NCBI GenBank assembly: GCA_046563655.1
Contig: CM102286.1
Span: 9,176,001-9,240,000 of the forward strand
Direction of reading: 5' to 3'
Length of the DNA: 64,000 bases
DNA from: Yuukianura sp. NJ FZ-2021
Taxonomy: Eukaryota
The position numbers and the translations under genes were made by a program. This document shows, in pieces, positions 1 through 15,300 of the stretch (the first letter of the stretch is position 1; each line of letters opens with the position of its first letter). The notes below the pieces were generated by a model that made no database searches, was not told where the DNA came from, and saw nothing but the letters and a program-made list of their open reading frames with translations.

Positions 1-3000
1 GGAGCTTCTTTTTTCATATATTAACTCAATTTGAGAATATTTTATGGTAAGTGGTTCCTGGTTTCGTCACTTTCCAGGGAGTCCTTTGCCAGCCATTTGC
101 TTTATCATTTATTTCAATGAGAAGAGTCAGAAAGTTTGCAGAGATCCTCTATATTTAATTGCGCTCTGCCGCGGGAGCAAAGCACCACCAAATTATTCTT
201 TGGCACAATATGCATAAATTTTGCCAACTTTTGAAGTTTGGGACTCCACGGCGAATCTAATCTGTAGAAACAGCTTTTCCCGTATGAGTTCAATATTAAA
301 CTATAATAAGTTTAAAATTTGGACAGTTCTGGCCAAAAGAAATCATAAAATTGTTTTCACTTTTTTTTTAAAACTTTAATAAACATTTTGTCAAAAACCA
401 ATTTTGGCTTACCTTTTGTTCCTATGTTTTATAATTTTTGCTTTCATATAAGTACCTTAACCCAACAGCAATAATTGTTTAATTACACTATAATTACCCT
501 TTGAATGTCGAATCAGACAATCTCTTAAAGTATCGAAATTCCAAGCCGGGGGTTGAAATTGGTGTGAGTCATATTTGTGCATTTCCTGACAATAAAATTT
601 ATAAGAAAAGCTTTCTCTCGAGGCGGATATTTCAGCTGTGCAAACTTTCGAGTTCCTTTTTTCAATAAAATTTTCAAACTCATTTTAAACTGTGGCCTCA
701 GCTTTTTCTCTTCTAGAAAGAATAAAGTTTTCTTTTCCCGCTCACGCACATGTTAACCGGGAAGAAGCTCCGCGCTCCTGTGCTGCTTTATGCTGATTTT
801 CAACTTTGATGTTTGAGAAAATCTTGGAAGAAATTGAAGCGGAAGCCCCTCCCACTTCGTTCCGTTTTTTCTATTAATCCACTTCAATTGCTCCGGCTTC
901 CGCCTTTCGATTGAACATTTGAGCTGAAGGAGAAAGTAAAATAGAAGAGAAAGTGGAAAGAGGTCTGCGTCTTTTCCGTTACAATTTAATTAAGTAAATG
1001 ATCTCTCTCCATATGAAACTGTCTCCGGTTTCATTTGAACCCCTTCCAAATTTATTATTTCCTCTCCATCCTCTCCGCATTGACTGTCTCCCTCTGACTC
1101 CTGTGGTTCTCCAGTCCTTATGAATCTTGATTTGATGCTGGAGAGAAAGTGCGTAATGGTGTTCCTCTGTTCCTTTTTCCATCCACTTGAAACGTAGTCT
1201 GGAATTGAATAATATGTATCCAGAAGAAGAAAGTGAATTGAACAGGGCAGCAGGAGAAAGTGATGATTTGGGTGGATTGAAGACAGGAGCAGGGTATATG
1301 GTTAGGTTATGTTATTCTTATGGTGAGTGTCAGAGTGCGTGCCATCCGGACCAAGGAACAATGACTTTGTCCTAATGGACTAAGAAAATTCGTTTCCTTT
1401 TTCCTTCAGAGTAAGTGAGGATTTATGGTTTGTGTTCTGGAAGGAGAAAAGAGAAAAGAAATGAAGAAGAATCTTTCTGCTTTTCTTTCTATTTATTCAA
1501 AGGAACAGAACTTATACTTGTAGTTTGACTACGTTTGGGGAAAAGTAAATTCACAACTTATGTCTTCTTCCCGCACTTTTTATTTTCTCAGATGCGGTTG
1601 TCCACTAAAAGTTAAATCCAGTTCCAAGTTGAATGCTTAAGTACACATAAGGTCAGTTTCCAAGTGCCAGAAAGTTTTGTCCACTCCTAAACCTGTTAAA
1701 TCTTGCACAACTTTCGATCTTGTTTATCTTTTTGGATTTGTTCAAAAGTTTTGAAATTCGCTCTACGTGGGGTAAATGAACTAACATAAAAATAGCATAT
1801 TATATTTTTTCCCAATTTGTAGCGTCATATTTTGGGATGCAACTTGGCGTAAATCTTGGATCCTCACAAATCCCTGATGGATTGTCTTATTTGTAGCAAA
1901 ATCAGAGCCAAGAATTTTCGGAAAGAGAAAAATTGGTGTCTTAAACTTGATTCTTGAAAATCCTTGAAAATAGCTTCTTTTTTCAAAACACTAAATTTGT
2001 AAGAAAAAGACTATACTTTCAGTGAAGTGTAAAACATCATGACATGGCGTGTGTGTTAGTGTTGGAACATAAGGAGGGAGGCCTGCGTAATAACCGGCAG
2101 TAAGAATGCTGTGCTGTTCTTCTGTTGCACATTTCTCCATTGTCTTGTTTTCCCCTCCCTACGGAAGAGACACTTCAAAAATTATAAATGAGACTTTAGG
2201 GAATTTTGACTCAAAATTGGAGAAGTGGAAATAACATACAATGCACAAAGCACTAGCACATACAGCACTGCTTTAGGAAAGGAGCCACTTCGTTTTTTTT
2301 AAAGCGAGGAGAGCTTTTTCCCGCGCTTTCTCTTTTTTGAAACTTTGTACCCCATCATCATCTCCCGCCGCTTTTTCCTTTTCACTCCATTATCTCCTCA
2401 AAGTCACTTTCCCTATTTCAACCCACTTGACTTTCATTTTCCTCAAAAAAAAAACCAAGAGTCCGATTAGATTATTTCTACTCTGATGACTTTTCATCTT
2501 TTTTTGGCGGGAAAGCTCTAGGAGGGGAAAGTTCTAGCTAACGGGCTGCAGTGCCACCACTAGCTTTCACTTCCACAACCTAACCAAGGCCTCCTGCGGC
2601 CTACCCAAGTTAGTTCTAAAGCCCCTTCGAGCCTCAATGCCTAAAAATAATCACTTTTAATACTGATGAGAAACCGGAAAGTTATTACGAGAGAGATGAA
2701 GGGTTGGAAGGGAGTTATAATCAGGTGATGGAACAAAGTTTTATTCCGTCTTTTCCATGTCGGATCCAATTTTAAAAATTCGAATTTTCCCGCTGCCAGA
2801 AGGCGTGGTATACGGAAGGCAAAAGGAGGAAAGCCAAATAGGCATTGGCGCAATTTAAACTTCATTTTATACTTTCACTTTAGTCTTTTCTGGTGTAGTG
2901 AAGCCTGAAGCATGGTTACCACCCTAGGAGACAACCTTCCTGGATAAGTCCTCACGTTTTCTCCTGTGCTCTTATTAACAAATTACACTTTTAATTAATT

Positions 3001-3360
3001 CTGGAGGAAGTTTTTGTGACTATTGTTGTCCTTGGACTTGTTGCCAGGAGTCGGAATGAGGAAAGCTTTAATTAAAATGTTCCTCGTTCTTCATTAAACA
3101 CTCCTCTGTTTGCAAAATCTACATGTCCCGCAACATTTTATTTAGAGCTGCGTTCATCAGAAAGTGAGGGAAATTTTTTAGGAGACATGCAACTTTTAAA
3201 CTAAAATGATGTAAATGCGTGCGGAAATGGTCAGTGAAAGTTGGAAGTCATTTGAATGCGTTTCTGTAACAAAGGTTAATCTAACCTAATATTGTAAGGA
3301 AACAACCCGTGAAAGTTGTCGTGATAGTAATTGGTCCGTTTCCGTTTGTTTCCGTTCCAG

Positions 3361-6300
3361 GTCACATCGTGCTGTGCTCTCATTCCTTGCGCCACCACCG
3401 AAACCATCCGTCAACCCCCTTCTTGTCACCGCTGTCTTCAGGAAACAGTGAAAGTGACGAAGGCGAAGAGCCAAGTGACTCATCAATGGTAGATGGGAGC
3501 CCTTCAGCCTCAATGACCCCTTCAGGGTCACAACTCAGAGGAGGTCAGAGTGACAAGGTGACAGACAAGGAACTCCAAGACGAACCTACACTAGTTCCCC
3601 AAATGAAAGTTAAACCTGGGCAAGAGCTGAAACTCAAATGCGACCTGAACAATACGTATGGCCGAATCACTTGGTTGCTTAACAGTAAGCCGATAAGGAC
3701 GGACAATGGGCGGTATGCTATTCAGGGGCCGACGTTGAATCGAGCCATTGAGGGTCGCCTCACAATAAACAACGTTTTGCCAGAAGACAATGGGATTTGG
3801 CAGTGTCATGAAGTTAAGTTTGACGGGAAGGAACACATCTCGAAACCCATTTGGGTGGTTGTCATGGGTGAGTGACAATACAAATATTGGACTTTCTCCG
3901 CTTTCTCTCGTTTCCGCGTCTTTTAAACCAACACTTTCACTTGCGCTTTCTTTATTGAAGCTTTGAAGATTTGAATAGAGAAGTAGGAGGGGGGTTTGCG
4001 TCAATGGCAGGACTCCCCTACACGGCAACTTACGAACCGAAACGTATATAAAACTAAAAATAATGTATATTTTTGAATAAGTCTGGTTTACTTTACTTTA
4101 TGTTAATATAAATCATCGGTATATTAGCGACCGTCCGTGTGTGTCAGGTTAAGTCTGGTGTTTCAGAATTCATAAGCTAAGAAACCCAAAGGAGAATGAC
4201 AGTTCAATTTAAGTAATGATTCAAAGAGTTTGTTAAACCGACAAATGTTTGTTGACCATATCGCACCTACCGACTCTGCTGTTTTCATCATAAATATTTC
4301 CTTAGCATTAAGAATGCAATACCGTATCGGTAACGCTGCAAGAATAGCGTGAAAACAAAGCTTCAAAGTTGAAGCCTTCAACCTTTGAAGTGCTGCGTTT
4401 ACTCAACCCTAAAATTTCTTTTTAAACCCCAAAAGTAAACAAGATGCACCCCACCGCACGAGCTGATTGTTGCAACCATGACTTTCAATCTGCCTTTCAA
4501 AAGGAGATGAGCATCATTTACATCTCTGAGTAGGAGAAAGTGGAGGGGAAAAGCGACAAGGACGGAAACGATTTAAAGGATTTGGTTCTATTTTGAATTT
4601 GAATTTCCCTCCCGCCTTTGATCTATAATTGCAACTTATTTTTTTCCTTCCAGCACCACCCCGAGCAGTCCATTTAGAATTTGATGGTCGTCGGTTGTCC
4701 CCGTCCTCAACCCCATCCACTCGAGTCACCTACAGAGAAAAAGATAACATCTCGATCCAATGTGTCGTGGAGGGTGGAAATCCACCGCCCAAGATAACAT
4801 GGTTCCTCAGTTCAGAAAACGTTACGAATCGAAGTTCCCTATCTACGGAGTACTTGGAAGATGACAAAGTCTACCTAACCCGAAGCACCCTACTACTCCC
4901 CAATGTCTCAAGAACAGACCACAATAAAAGTGTTGTTTGCATTGTGGATCACGAACTACTGGGAGTTGGCAGCGGCAGCCCAGAAACCAATCAAGAACCT
5001 TCCGCCGTTTCCTCGGCCACTTATTTACGAGCTGCGGCTTACTTTAATATTGAATGTAAGTAAAACTCTCATTTTGTCTGTTCAGACACAAGATCGTAGC
5101 TTCCCAAATTGTGCAATGGCAACCTTTTCTATTTCAATTCCCGGTATTTTCTGGACGCGCGCTTGTCAACCGAAAAATTCTAAACCCTGGCTTAAATATA
5201 ACAGCCAAGCCTAACCTAAATGTTCATTAGATAACGGTAATATGACTATCCCGGTGCAATATTTGCCGTTCAGAAGTGCCGTGTTATGTCCCGGCGCCGA
5301 ATTTCAATCTTTCGATGTAATCATCCCAACTTTTATAAGACCATGAATTTCCAAGTACCAAAAATTTCAACAACTTCCACAAGAAAAAATACCGCATCTG
5401 TTATAATTTGCTATGATCTTTACACTCACTTGAACTTTAGAAACTGTGATTTATGCACCAACTTTTTTCTTGTTTTCAAATTAGTTTTCTGTAAAAGTTG
5501 ATTTGAAAATGAAAATCGTGACAAGGTTTATATTCAACTGTTTTTCTTCCTCCACTGTGCTGCATGGCTACATATTGAAATGAAAACCGGGAGACTTAAA
5601 TCATTTTTTTAAGTGGAAAGAATACGGCAATGGGACTTTTCTTGATTAAAGTTGGAGAAACTCTTTTAATTTATTTTGCACTTCCATGGACTAACTTCTT
5701 TTCTTTAAAATTTTCCAGTAGAATTAATAGGAGAACAAAAGCGAAATTTTGTGCAATATTTTATGCACCTAACTCATCTCCTTCATTTGCAGAATTGGCA
5801 AACTTATTTCGCAATTAGGGCCGCATGGGGCCAGTGGCATAAATTATTCATTTACTGTATGGCGTAAGAACCGAGTAAGTGTAGAATCATAAACACCCAA
5901 AGTCAATGCTTTTCCCATTATCTCTGTACTTTCTTTCTGGAAGTGTCAGCTTGAGTAATGACAGACTCTGGGCACATTTTGGCATGAATCATGGAAAAAG
6001 GCTAACCTGTTCCAAACTCCTCGCGCGCATTTTTAAATAATAAACCTCCGCCTTATTACTGCGGAAAGGCAGCTTTAAACCCAGTGAAAAGTGGGCACAA
6101 ATCACAGGGCAGCTGGTTTAGGGCAGTGCTGAATGGGAAGTGTCTTAAGTTGTGAAATCATGAATAGGAAATTAATGGTGTGGGATATGGGAGAAAATAA
6201 GGAATTCTGGAAATGAAGTTAGAAAATCCTGAACATGTCGCGCCTGTTGGGGCTCGACTGGGAGTCCTTAAATCCTAAAGCCTTAGAACTAGGAAGCTCT

Positions 6301-9300
6301 ACAACATGAAGTATTGGTCGTAGTTAGCATGCCAAGTGAAGGAAAAGCCTGGATTTCCTCTCTGACTTGTACTATTTGTCACTACCAATGAGCAAATGTT
6401 TGTGAAAAATGTCACATTTAGGGGATGCCGCACGTTTGGGGGATGGGAAATGGCGGATGGCAAGTGAATGTATTCATTTTGATTTTTATCTTTGCTTTTT
6501 TTTTTCGAAAAATATCCAAAAACAAATACAACTCGAAGTTGAAAAATGGTCAACAAACAAAAGCAGCCACCGCGAAGTGGTGAACTGGCTAAACAAAAAA
6601 GCTCCCTGGCGTGATTAACAAAATTAATCAAAACTAAATTAAAGAATTCCAAAGTTACAATTACGGCTGCATATTCTATTCAGTTAAGTTTATTTGTTTC
6701 CTTTGAATATAATTTGTTTTATCTTTTTTTTTTAATTTGTATGTAAATTTAATTCTGAAAAAGCATGTATGAAGATATACGGTTCTTATTAATTTAATCT
6801 GTGATTTGTTCAATTCGTTTTGTTCCTGTATATTAGAAGTTCCAGAACTGGATGACTCAAATACACTGGTTTTATATATAAACACCAAAAGTTCTCCGTT
6901 AGCAAATTATACTTGTGGTGCTACATCAATTCTGTTGTATTTTTTATTTTCTTTGGTGCTGGGTTTGCTTTCGCTGAATTTTTGTTGATCTTATTGCAGT
7001 AGGCTCCTTTGCAGCGGTAACTGCGTAGATTCTGATCCTTGAAGCGGGAAGAAGAGACAGGACAGGGCAGCGTTGTGAGGGCGAGGGATGAAATGGTGGT
7101 GACTGTGGCGGGAAGTCTGGGTTTAATGCCGAGAAAAACAGGATAGACTACGTCCCATGCATAATTCATGGTAGGTGAAAGTCCTCTTGGCCTCAAAGAA
7201 AGTCTCGCAGGAGACTTTCACTTCTGCCTTCTTTGAGGTGAAATCTTGGTGAAAACTTTTCATATCTCTCTCCTTCCTGCCTCCTTTGATAGATCGAAGA
7301 ACTCCTACAAATAAATCCCGCTTACAATCGCTGAAAGGCTTTCTCGGACTAAGACGTTAGTAGCTCCTGGAGGCTGCCTGGAGTGGGCTAATAAAATGGA
7401 GCTGCGGTCTCTTTCGGATAGATTCCCGTCCTTCTTCTTGTCCATTCATTTCAAAAAGTTGGCAAAAGGCTTAGGCAATTCCACTAGAAAAACTAATTTG
7501 GACTTTCCAACTCTGTTCCTGTCCCTTAGAGATCATACGCAGAAAGTTGACTTTTTTTTTCGTCAAAAATCCTAGAAAAACTTTTTGAATTGAATTTTTC
7601 TTTTTTTTTCAACGTGTATATGTTGACTAACCGAAAGGATAAAAGAGAATTTCCGTAACTAGATGGAAAACCTAAAAGGTTTTTTCTTAAGAAGCAAGAT
7701 GAAATGCACGGACGTCTTCTGGAAAAAAGGCGTTAAATATTCAGTGGAGGTGCAATATCCAACGCTGAAAAAGGAAGGGATGATACGAGTTTTGTTGGAA
7801 GTGAGTACGTGAAGTCAATTTCAAAACATGAAACCCTGTTTTGTATTTTCTTTAAAAAAAAGTAACAACGACCGAGTGACTTTCTTTTTTTCTTTTTTGA
7901 AAAAAAGTCAAGTTGGTAAGGTTTTCATCCTTTCCCCTTACGAGCACTTATTTTGTCTCCTGCTTTTAAATCCGAACGCCAGTTATAAAAAGTAAACCTC
8001 CTACTGGGATCTTTTTCGCTGAGATGAAAACTTGTGTCTCTTATGCCACAGAGCTAAGAAGAATCCCGGCATTTGAGAATCGGATTGAGACGTGTTGTTG
8101 TTGTCCTATTGTGACTTCCATGCTCTAATCAAATTCACTTTCACTTCCACTTTCTCCATCTTAATACCAGCACCAGCCAAAACCGCCTCTCTTCCACAAG
8201 TTGAAATCCCATGAGCCAGTGACAAGTGCTTTTTCTACCCCGAATAGAATTCGGTTCAATTTCAAGATTTCCCGCTCTTCCGTATCCCCCCTTGCTCACA
8301 AAATACAAAATCCCTGTCATTTCCAATTTCATTAATTCTTTTGAAAAGCGTAAAAGCATTGAAACTAATCTGCTACAAGTCCTCGTGGACTCGCTTTCTT
8401 AGAAAATGTTTTTTGCTTCGTCTCACTCCAAAGGCATCTTTATTACAAGCAGAGACGCCGAACACGCTTGACTAATTTTTAATACAAAAGATCAACTTTT
8501 GAAATTAAATGGTCTTATAACTTAAATGAAGAAACAACGAACCTGTTTTTGAAACTTTGCAATTGCAATTATTTTGAAAAGAAAAACTTGGTTTCCCAAT
8601 TATTGAATTTTTGGTTTCCTTCTCGATCTGACATAACTTCAGAGGAAGTAGTTTCAGAGGTTGTCAATTTCAATCGCTTTCTGTGTAAAGTGAAACCCTG
8701 AAACGAATTCTTGAAATTGAGTTTTTGCCGTATTTCTATGCCAAAATACTCTTGGTTACTTCACCAAAGTATTTTTGTTATTCAAACTCGCTACCGCAGC
8801 TATGCAAACCTTTTAGATTATTAGTTGCTCTCGGAAATTGACTCTGAATCACGCTGAAATTACGTTGTCGAAACTTTTTTTTGAATTTATGAATGTAAAC
8901 ATTAATTGGTTCCAATTGGAGAAACTGCTTAAAGCATCATGCATCTGGTTAATGTTTAGGCAGAGGCGAGAAAGGAAAGATCTTTGAGCGCCGCTTTGCC
9001 TAAAAAATGTGACTTTTTGTTCTTTTTCCGCTCATTTCTGTTCGTTTGCGCCCCGCTAACTTCAGTGGTGCCCGGAAAACTGTTCTTCCGCCGCCTTTTC
9101 TCGGCGAGTAAACATTATGTAATGTAATAAAATAGGGAGGCAATCAGGAGAGCATCTGACAAGGAAATGAAAGTGGAGCAGGAACAGGAATTGTCTCTGG
9201 CAGGAGGCGGAAGAAGAGGCTAAGGGCACATAGTAGAAGGCGCTTTGTTCCATTTGTTGTCTTGGGTGTGCCAGCGTCCCTCTTGGATTTAGTACAGTAA

Positions 9301-12300
9301 ATATGTGCTCAATGATCCATAGCGAAATAAAAATGTCAGGGACTTCGGGAGACAACTGGGCCGACATTTTGCTTCGTCTTTTACTTTTACAAAGAAAAAG
9401 AAACGAAAGGCGCTTTCATTCACCCCAGTCGCCAATATTTCTAGCAACTGCCTTCTTTTCCCGCCAACGTTTGAATGGTTACAAAGCTTCTGCGGGGTTT
9501 TATCTCCCATCTTGACCCTATATTGTTTGGTACTTGGAGATTCGCAGTCTTTGCAGATTAATTTTGCAAATAAATGGGTCAATTTTTTGGCCTTTCGCTT
9601 CAGCCAACATTAATTCAGCAAAATGCTTGCTGAAATTTTGAAAAATGGTGTTTAAGTCCCGTCCAAAAAGAATACCACCCGCTGCTTTCTGCGCGTCTAG
9701 CCAAGATTTGAACTTTTTCGTAGGAATTTGTTTTTCACCAATCTTTTCCTCTTTACAGATCCACCGTCTTTTGTTATCAGCAGAATTCCAGGGTTTGGAT
9801 ATCCAATCCGTGAAGGAATTGCGATGGCTCTAAAGTGTGACATTGATGCTAATCCTTGGAGTGCTCCCGCATGGGTCAAAGGTAAGAATTTTTTGCAGTT
9901 TCGAAAACTTTCTAAAAGTGTTCCACTGTCACCGGTCGAAAAGGCATTTTCAGCTGTCAAGGCCCTGTCCAAAAGTTTAAAGTTGGTTCTTCTACCCTAA
10001 CAAATTGGTCAACTGGACCAGTCTTCACTGTTTCTATAATAAATGGCAAGAATTTCCAGAAAAGTAAACTGTTATAGAAGTGTTATCCTTTCCGTCCAGT
10101 TGGTCCAAGTGCCGCTAGCTGTCTCGTTCACATCAACGTGAGTAAGTTCTAGTATTCTAATCTCGTTCGTCCAAAGGAAGCGTTTTTTCTCCTTCCTTTT
10201 CCAATGAAAACATCCAGACAAAAGAGAAAGAAGAAGAAAACTCAATTCCGACTTGGCTTTTGAAGAAGGAAAATCTAATTTGGAATTTTCGTGTGAGAGC
10301 AAGGAGGGAAGGGGGCAAAACATAGAATATTTCATTGTGCTTTCTCCCTCCCTACTAGTATAGCCGCGGGTTCCATTCATTGGAAAGTTGGAGATGATAG
10401 AAAGTGAAGGGTTTTAGAATGAATGCTTTCAAATTGGAAGAAATTCATCTCAAAAGGACATAAGAACCTAGCCTAACCTAAGAATGGTCTGTCGATAAGT
10501 TTCCATTATGGGTGGACTACTGGCGGCTAAAGCTTGTTTAGCTTACATAAACGACGACGACGTTGTTTGGGAATTCTCCAACAAATACAATTGTGATCTA
10601 TTGGAAAAATGGGCTCAAGGAATCCAAAAGAGGAAACGAGCAAACAGAGGGACAAAATACAATTTGGAGGAATGAAAAGAGTAAAGTTGCAGAAAATGGT
10701 TAGAAGCTGGAGCAACTTAAGATTTGATTGGTTCCATTTTTAGGATCGGAGAAAGTATGAAAAACAAAAGAAAAATTGAAATGGAAAACAAAAAGAAAAA
10801 AAAAGAAGTTAAGTTAACAAAAGGATGTGCGGAGACTATTATTACTTCCAGCATGTTCAATTCCATTCAGAGCATGATAATAGGCTTTCCTTTGTAAAAT
10901 CCTCATGCGAATCACGACATTTTCATCAATGAGATTCAAAGTTGAGCTCAATGTAAGTAAATAACCCTCTTTTTCTTCAAATAACAATGACCTTAGGGGC
11001 TAGAAATGTACTTTCCAGGTCAAAGCCAACTCGAATTTAATCCCACTTTTCCAAAATTGCCAATTTTCTTTTTCCTTTTTTTCAAAATCAATTTCAAAAT
11101 ATATTCATTTTCTCTTTTTTAAGCCTTTCACAGAAAAAAGAGCATCATTCTCTTCCAACTTGTTCAGAATTGGTACTTTGATCATCTGAACTTTTGGAGA
11201 CTTAAAATTCAATTCCATGCTACTAAAAATTTCATTTTCCTACCATGCTTCACTCATGTTCCACAAAAGTTCAAAACGTCCTCTTCTTTTTTAAACGACC
11301 TATTTTTTGTAAAACAGGTTAGGATTTAGATAGGAGTGAGCATTGGGGTGCTAAAAGTAGAGTTCTTGGAAAACATCTTATTCTTTGAAATTTAGAATGT
11401 TGGAATAAGTCTTAAACTGTAGACTCCGTGCTTTCTAGGAGCTGGAATGGGCAACTAGGCGACATGAATGGCTTCTTCTTGAAATATATGGGTATTCTGT
11501 GGAGTAAAACACTTTAAATTGAATGAGAAACGGTTTACTTGGACGAAGCCGAGGAAGTGGTCCGCGCTGCTGAACAAGCACACACGACGACACAACAGTT
11601 CCACTGCTGCAGGGAAGCACGTGGAATAGGCTTTAATAACCTAACATAACCTAACTTTCACCACTTATAACTTCAAAGGATTTTAATAATGAACTAAAAT
11701 TTCTACCTGCCAACACCCTCCGTTGCTCAATGGCTAAACAACACTTTATTGGGTGAAAGCATAAGGCATAGTCCACTTCCACCTGCTAACGTAAGTGTTT
11801 TGAAACCAAGGACTAAATTACATGATTTCGAGGTTTCAAAAATAATTGCACCAATTTCAAAATTTTCCACCCATCATCTAGATATTGGAATCCAATTAAA
11901 GTTAGTTTCATCATTTTAGGTAAGTGCGACCCATTAATTTAGAGTTTGGTTTAAGTTTATACCAATGTTTTGCTGGAATTAATTGCGCTGTCAGTTAAGT
12001 TGGAGAGGAAAGGGGAAGAATTAGACATATCTATGCAAATAAGAACTTTCTCCCCTAAACTAAATTTTCCTAACCTAAGTTTTCCTAGCGTTAACTTTGT
12101 GCGGAGCCACTTCCAAACTTATCGTTTTCCAAGTTGTCCCCCACAACTGAAAAGTGGAAGTAACTTTAAGGTAGACTCAGACTCAAAGTATAGAAAGTAC
12201 AACGTGTTCCAAAAGTTACTCGAACATAAGCTGATTCATCGAATTGTTTTGCATTTTAAATTTTGACGATTGGAAGTTAGAACTGAATTGTTTCTGGGTT

Positions 12301-15300
12301 TTAGTAATTCACTGCATTCTCAGTTTCAACTTCACCTTCCGTTTCCTGACGCGCTGATGAATCAGCCTGTACATTTTGTGAATCCAGGAGTGAAGGATGG
12401 ATATGGAATTTGGTGCCTTTGTAGTTGATTTGTTCTGGTCCAGTGGAATCCAAACGTCTTCTCCAATCGGAATAAATTCAAACTGCAGTACACTGCATCT
12501 CTGCTTCCCCCCTTCCGCACTTTCTACAAACTTTTTTCTTTTTCGAAAATTCGGTGTGAGCGTCATTAGTATGCATCCAGTTCCTCCTCATTGTCTTGCC
12601 GTAATTCAATAATAGGGAAGCGAGAAAGGGAGGGAAGTGGATTCGGGAAAAACATAGAGGCCTAACCTAACTTAGCAATAGTGCCTATGGCCTTATCCTT
12701 TGATTATTGACATTGTAGTTAAGGCGGGAGAATAAGGGGAAATGAAAAGTCAGGGAATTGCTTCCAAGATTCCGAACTTTTGGATCCGGATTCCCTTACT
12801 TCCTGCTTTCTTCATTTTCTTCTGGATTTCTGCTTTCTGCCAAAAGAAATCTTCCAAAAGAAGAACATCCCCTTCTGGAAACTGTTGGAAGCATCGTTTC
12901 ACACTGCAGGGCCATATCATTTATTCCATTCCATAAACTTTCTCCTGCCAAACTTTTAGCTGCCACTCAATTACAACCCAATTCAAAGTTTTGAAATTTT
13001 TATAGACGCTAGCTTATAATTTTTATTCTACGTCATCTCCTTTCCTCAAGACAAAAATTAACAATAGCTTAGAGCTTATCATTTAAAAAAATAGCGATGG
13101 ATTCAGTGCTGGCTGGGGATTTGGAATTAGTGTTGGTTTGGTGAAAAATCAAACGGAGAATTTGCTTTCCGGAAAATTTGATCAAAAAAGGAACTGTTTC
13201 ACATGTTGTACATCCCTGTCCTAGGCATGTTGTGAGAGACTCACGATTCTTGCAGCATCTTGAATACTGGAAATGGAAGGAACTGCGTGTGATGATGGTG
13301 AATGATGGTCATGGTCACTGGTGGTACGTAGGAAGCGATGTGTGTTCGGTTGCTGGTGGAACATGGTGGGCTACCAATGTTTTCGTGCTGGAATGCTTGA
13401 TCCACCATTCCTGCTGTCGCTGAGTAAAGTTTATGATTGGAAGTGTTGGAATTATTGGTTGTTTGCAGATGGAGGGGATCCTCCGCCGGTGGCTGCGTCG
13501 GAAGATGGGTTTCTCAATTTTACGAACGTCGAGCGGAATCAGACCGGATGGTACAAATGGTAAGAGCTCAAGATGTTGAACAACCCTACTATTCCAAAGT
13601 TTCATTATTCTTGCTCAATGTGAATCAAAATACTTGGTTTTCATTAAACCTTCATACTATCTTGTTTCAAAATTCAGCATTCTATTCAAAATTTACACGT
13701 AGACAACGAGACACACAAATATATGTATTTCAAACGCGTCATTTTGCGAATATTGTGTTGTCAGAAGTTGTTTTACTAACGTAAGATAAAATCGAGTGCG
13801 GAGTGAAACAGGGCAGCTATCTAACTTTTATTTTTTCTTTTAGTGTTTCGCACCATCCGCTGGGGAAGTACTCGTCTGTCGGCTACTACCTCAACGTTCG
13901 ATGTAAGTTACAAACTTTCACTGCCAACACGCACCACTTTCTCCTGCAGGAAGTGCAAAACAAACTTGTATTCGCAAACACATCGCACGATGCGCAATGT
14001 TAGTTCCCTTCCCATTTAGTTGTTTAGACAGAAAACATCAAACGCAACACAATTCGGACGATTGCATTTTGGCAGATTTTTTTTTCGGCTATACGCACTC
14101 TGTCTCTATGTTTTATTGTGGCGAAATGTAGGCAACTTTTGGTTTTAAACTTTTCTCTCTCCTTGCGCTTCCGACTAAAGTTTTAAATTACTGTACTGTT
14201 GCGTTAGCCCGTTGACGTTTTACAGCTCAAACTGCAATGTCCTCTAAGTATAAGGACTCCACAAAATGAAAAATGAAGTCTGTCTTATTTGAGTGTCGTG
14301 ATTTTTGGATTTGAACAAATGACGAGCTCTCTCGTTGCAACTTCACTCCCGCTGTTTGTCCAGGAAAAGATGACGCTTTTAGTTGCAAGACGCGCCTCCA
14401 AAGTAAACGGGAAGCATTTGAGGCGGAATGAAACACAACTTCCTAACTGTATGCAACCCCTGCTGCTTTCTCAGATGTTGATTTAATGAATAAATGAGCA
14501 TCCTTCCAACTTCTCCATGCTAATTCTGTTTACTTTCTTCATTTGATACGTCCTGGTGCTTCCCCATCCTCACTAAAGTTTTTCTAAGATTTGTTGAACA
14601 TAAACACCACAGCGAATGGCAGCAGGAAGCTGGATAAGTCGAAAACGGAGAAAGTGACGGAAGGATTTCCAGTTAAAGCTTTGATTTGCTTGGCCTGGCG
14701 TTAAACTCGTCTTTTCTTCGAATTACAGACTCCACTCTTTCTTAAGGAAAATTGTAAATGCGCGGCGTAGGAAACGTTAAACAAAGTAGTCTCCATCCTG
14801 AACATTGTATATGTTCCCTGCTGGTCACTTCCTGGAAAAAATCTATTTAGAAAGCGGCGAACGCCTCTTGTGATTGACGCTAACAATTTTTCATTCTTTC
14901 TTTTCCAGATGAACCAACAATCGTTCATCAACCTCCAGCCAGAGTCGAGGCGGGGGTGGGGGAGAAAGTGGGTCTCAAATGCGAGGCTGATGGTAAGTAG
15001 TAGTGGGTATGAAATAATAATCCTATGATCGTATTTTATGCATTACACTTATCATTTTATGCCTAGAATAAGGTTAGGCATATGGTAGGAGAAAACAGAA
15101 AATAATTCTTGTCGAGAATTTTTGACCATAATTCGAATTTCTGATGTAAGATCTTCGGAGAAAAGTACATTTTTTACTTTATCTATGAACTAAGGCTGTG
15201 AACGTAAAAAATATAATGCTGACTGAACCGAAATTGTTCATTTTTGATTTTGAAAATGAGCTGTTTATTTTTATTTTAATTTTCAGGTCGTCCGTCCCCG

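Noticed and set aside
1298..1322. Possible first exon of the Ig gene (MVRLCYSY G|GTGAGT, phase 1)
   Set aside because: Phase-compatible with exon 3361 but it gives no convincing hydrophobic signal peptide. The true first exon may lie upstream of the window.
3591..4028. Antisense ORFs over real exons (also 9697-9972, 34727-35062, 51496-51735, 62931-63218, 63677-63868)
   Set aside because: Shadow frames of coding exons on the other strand, with no independent motifs.
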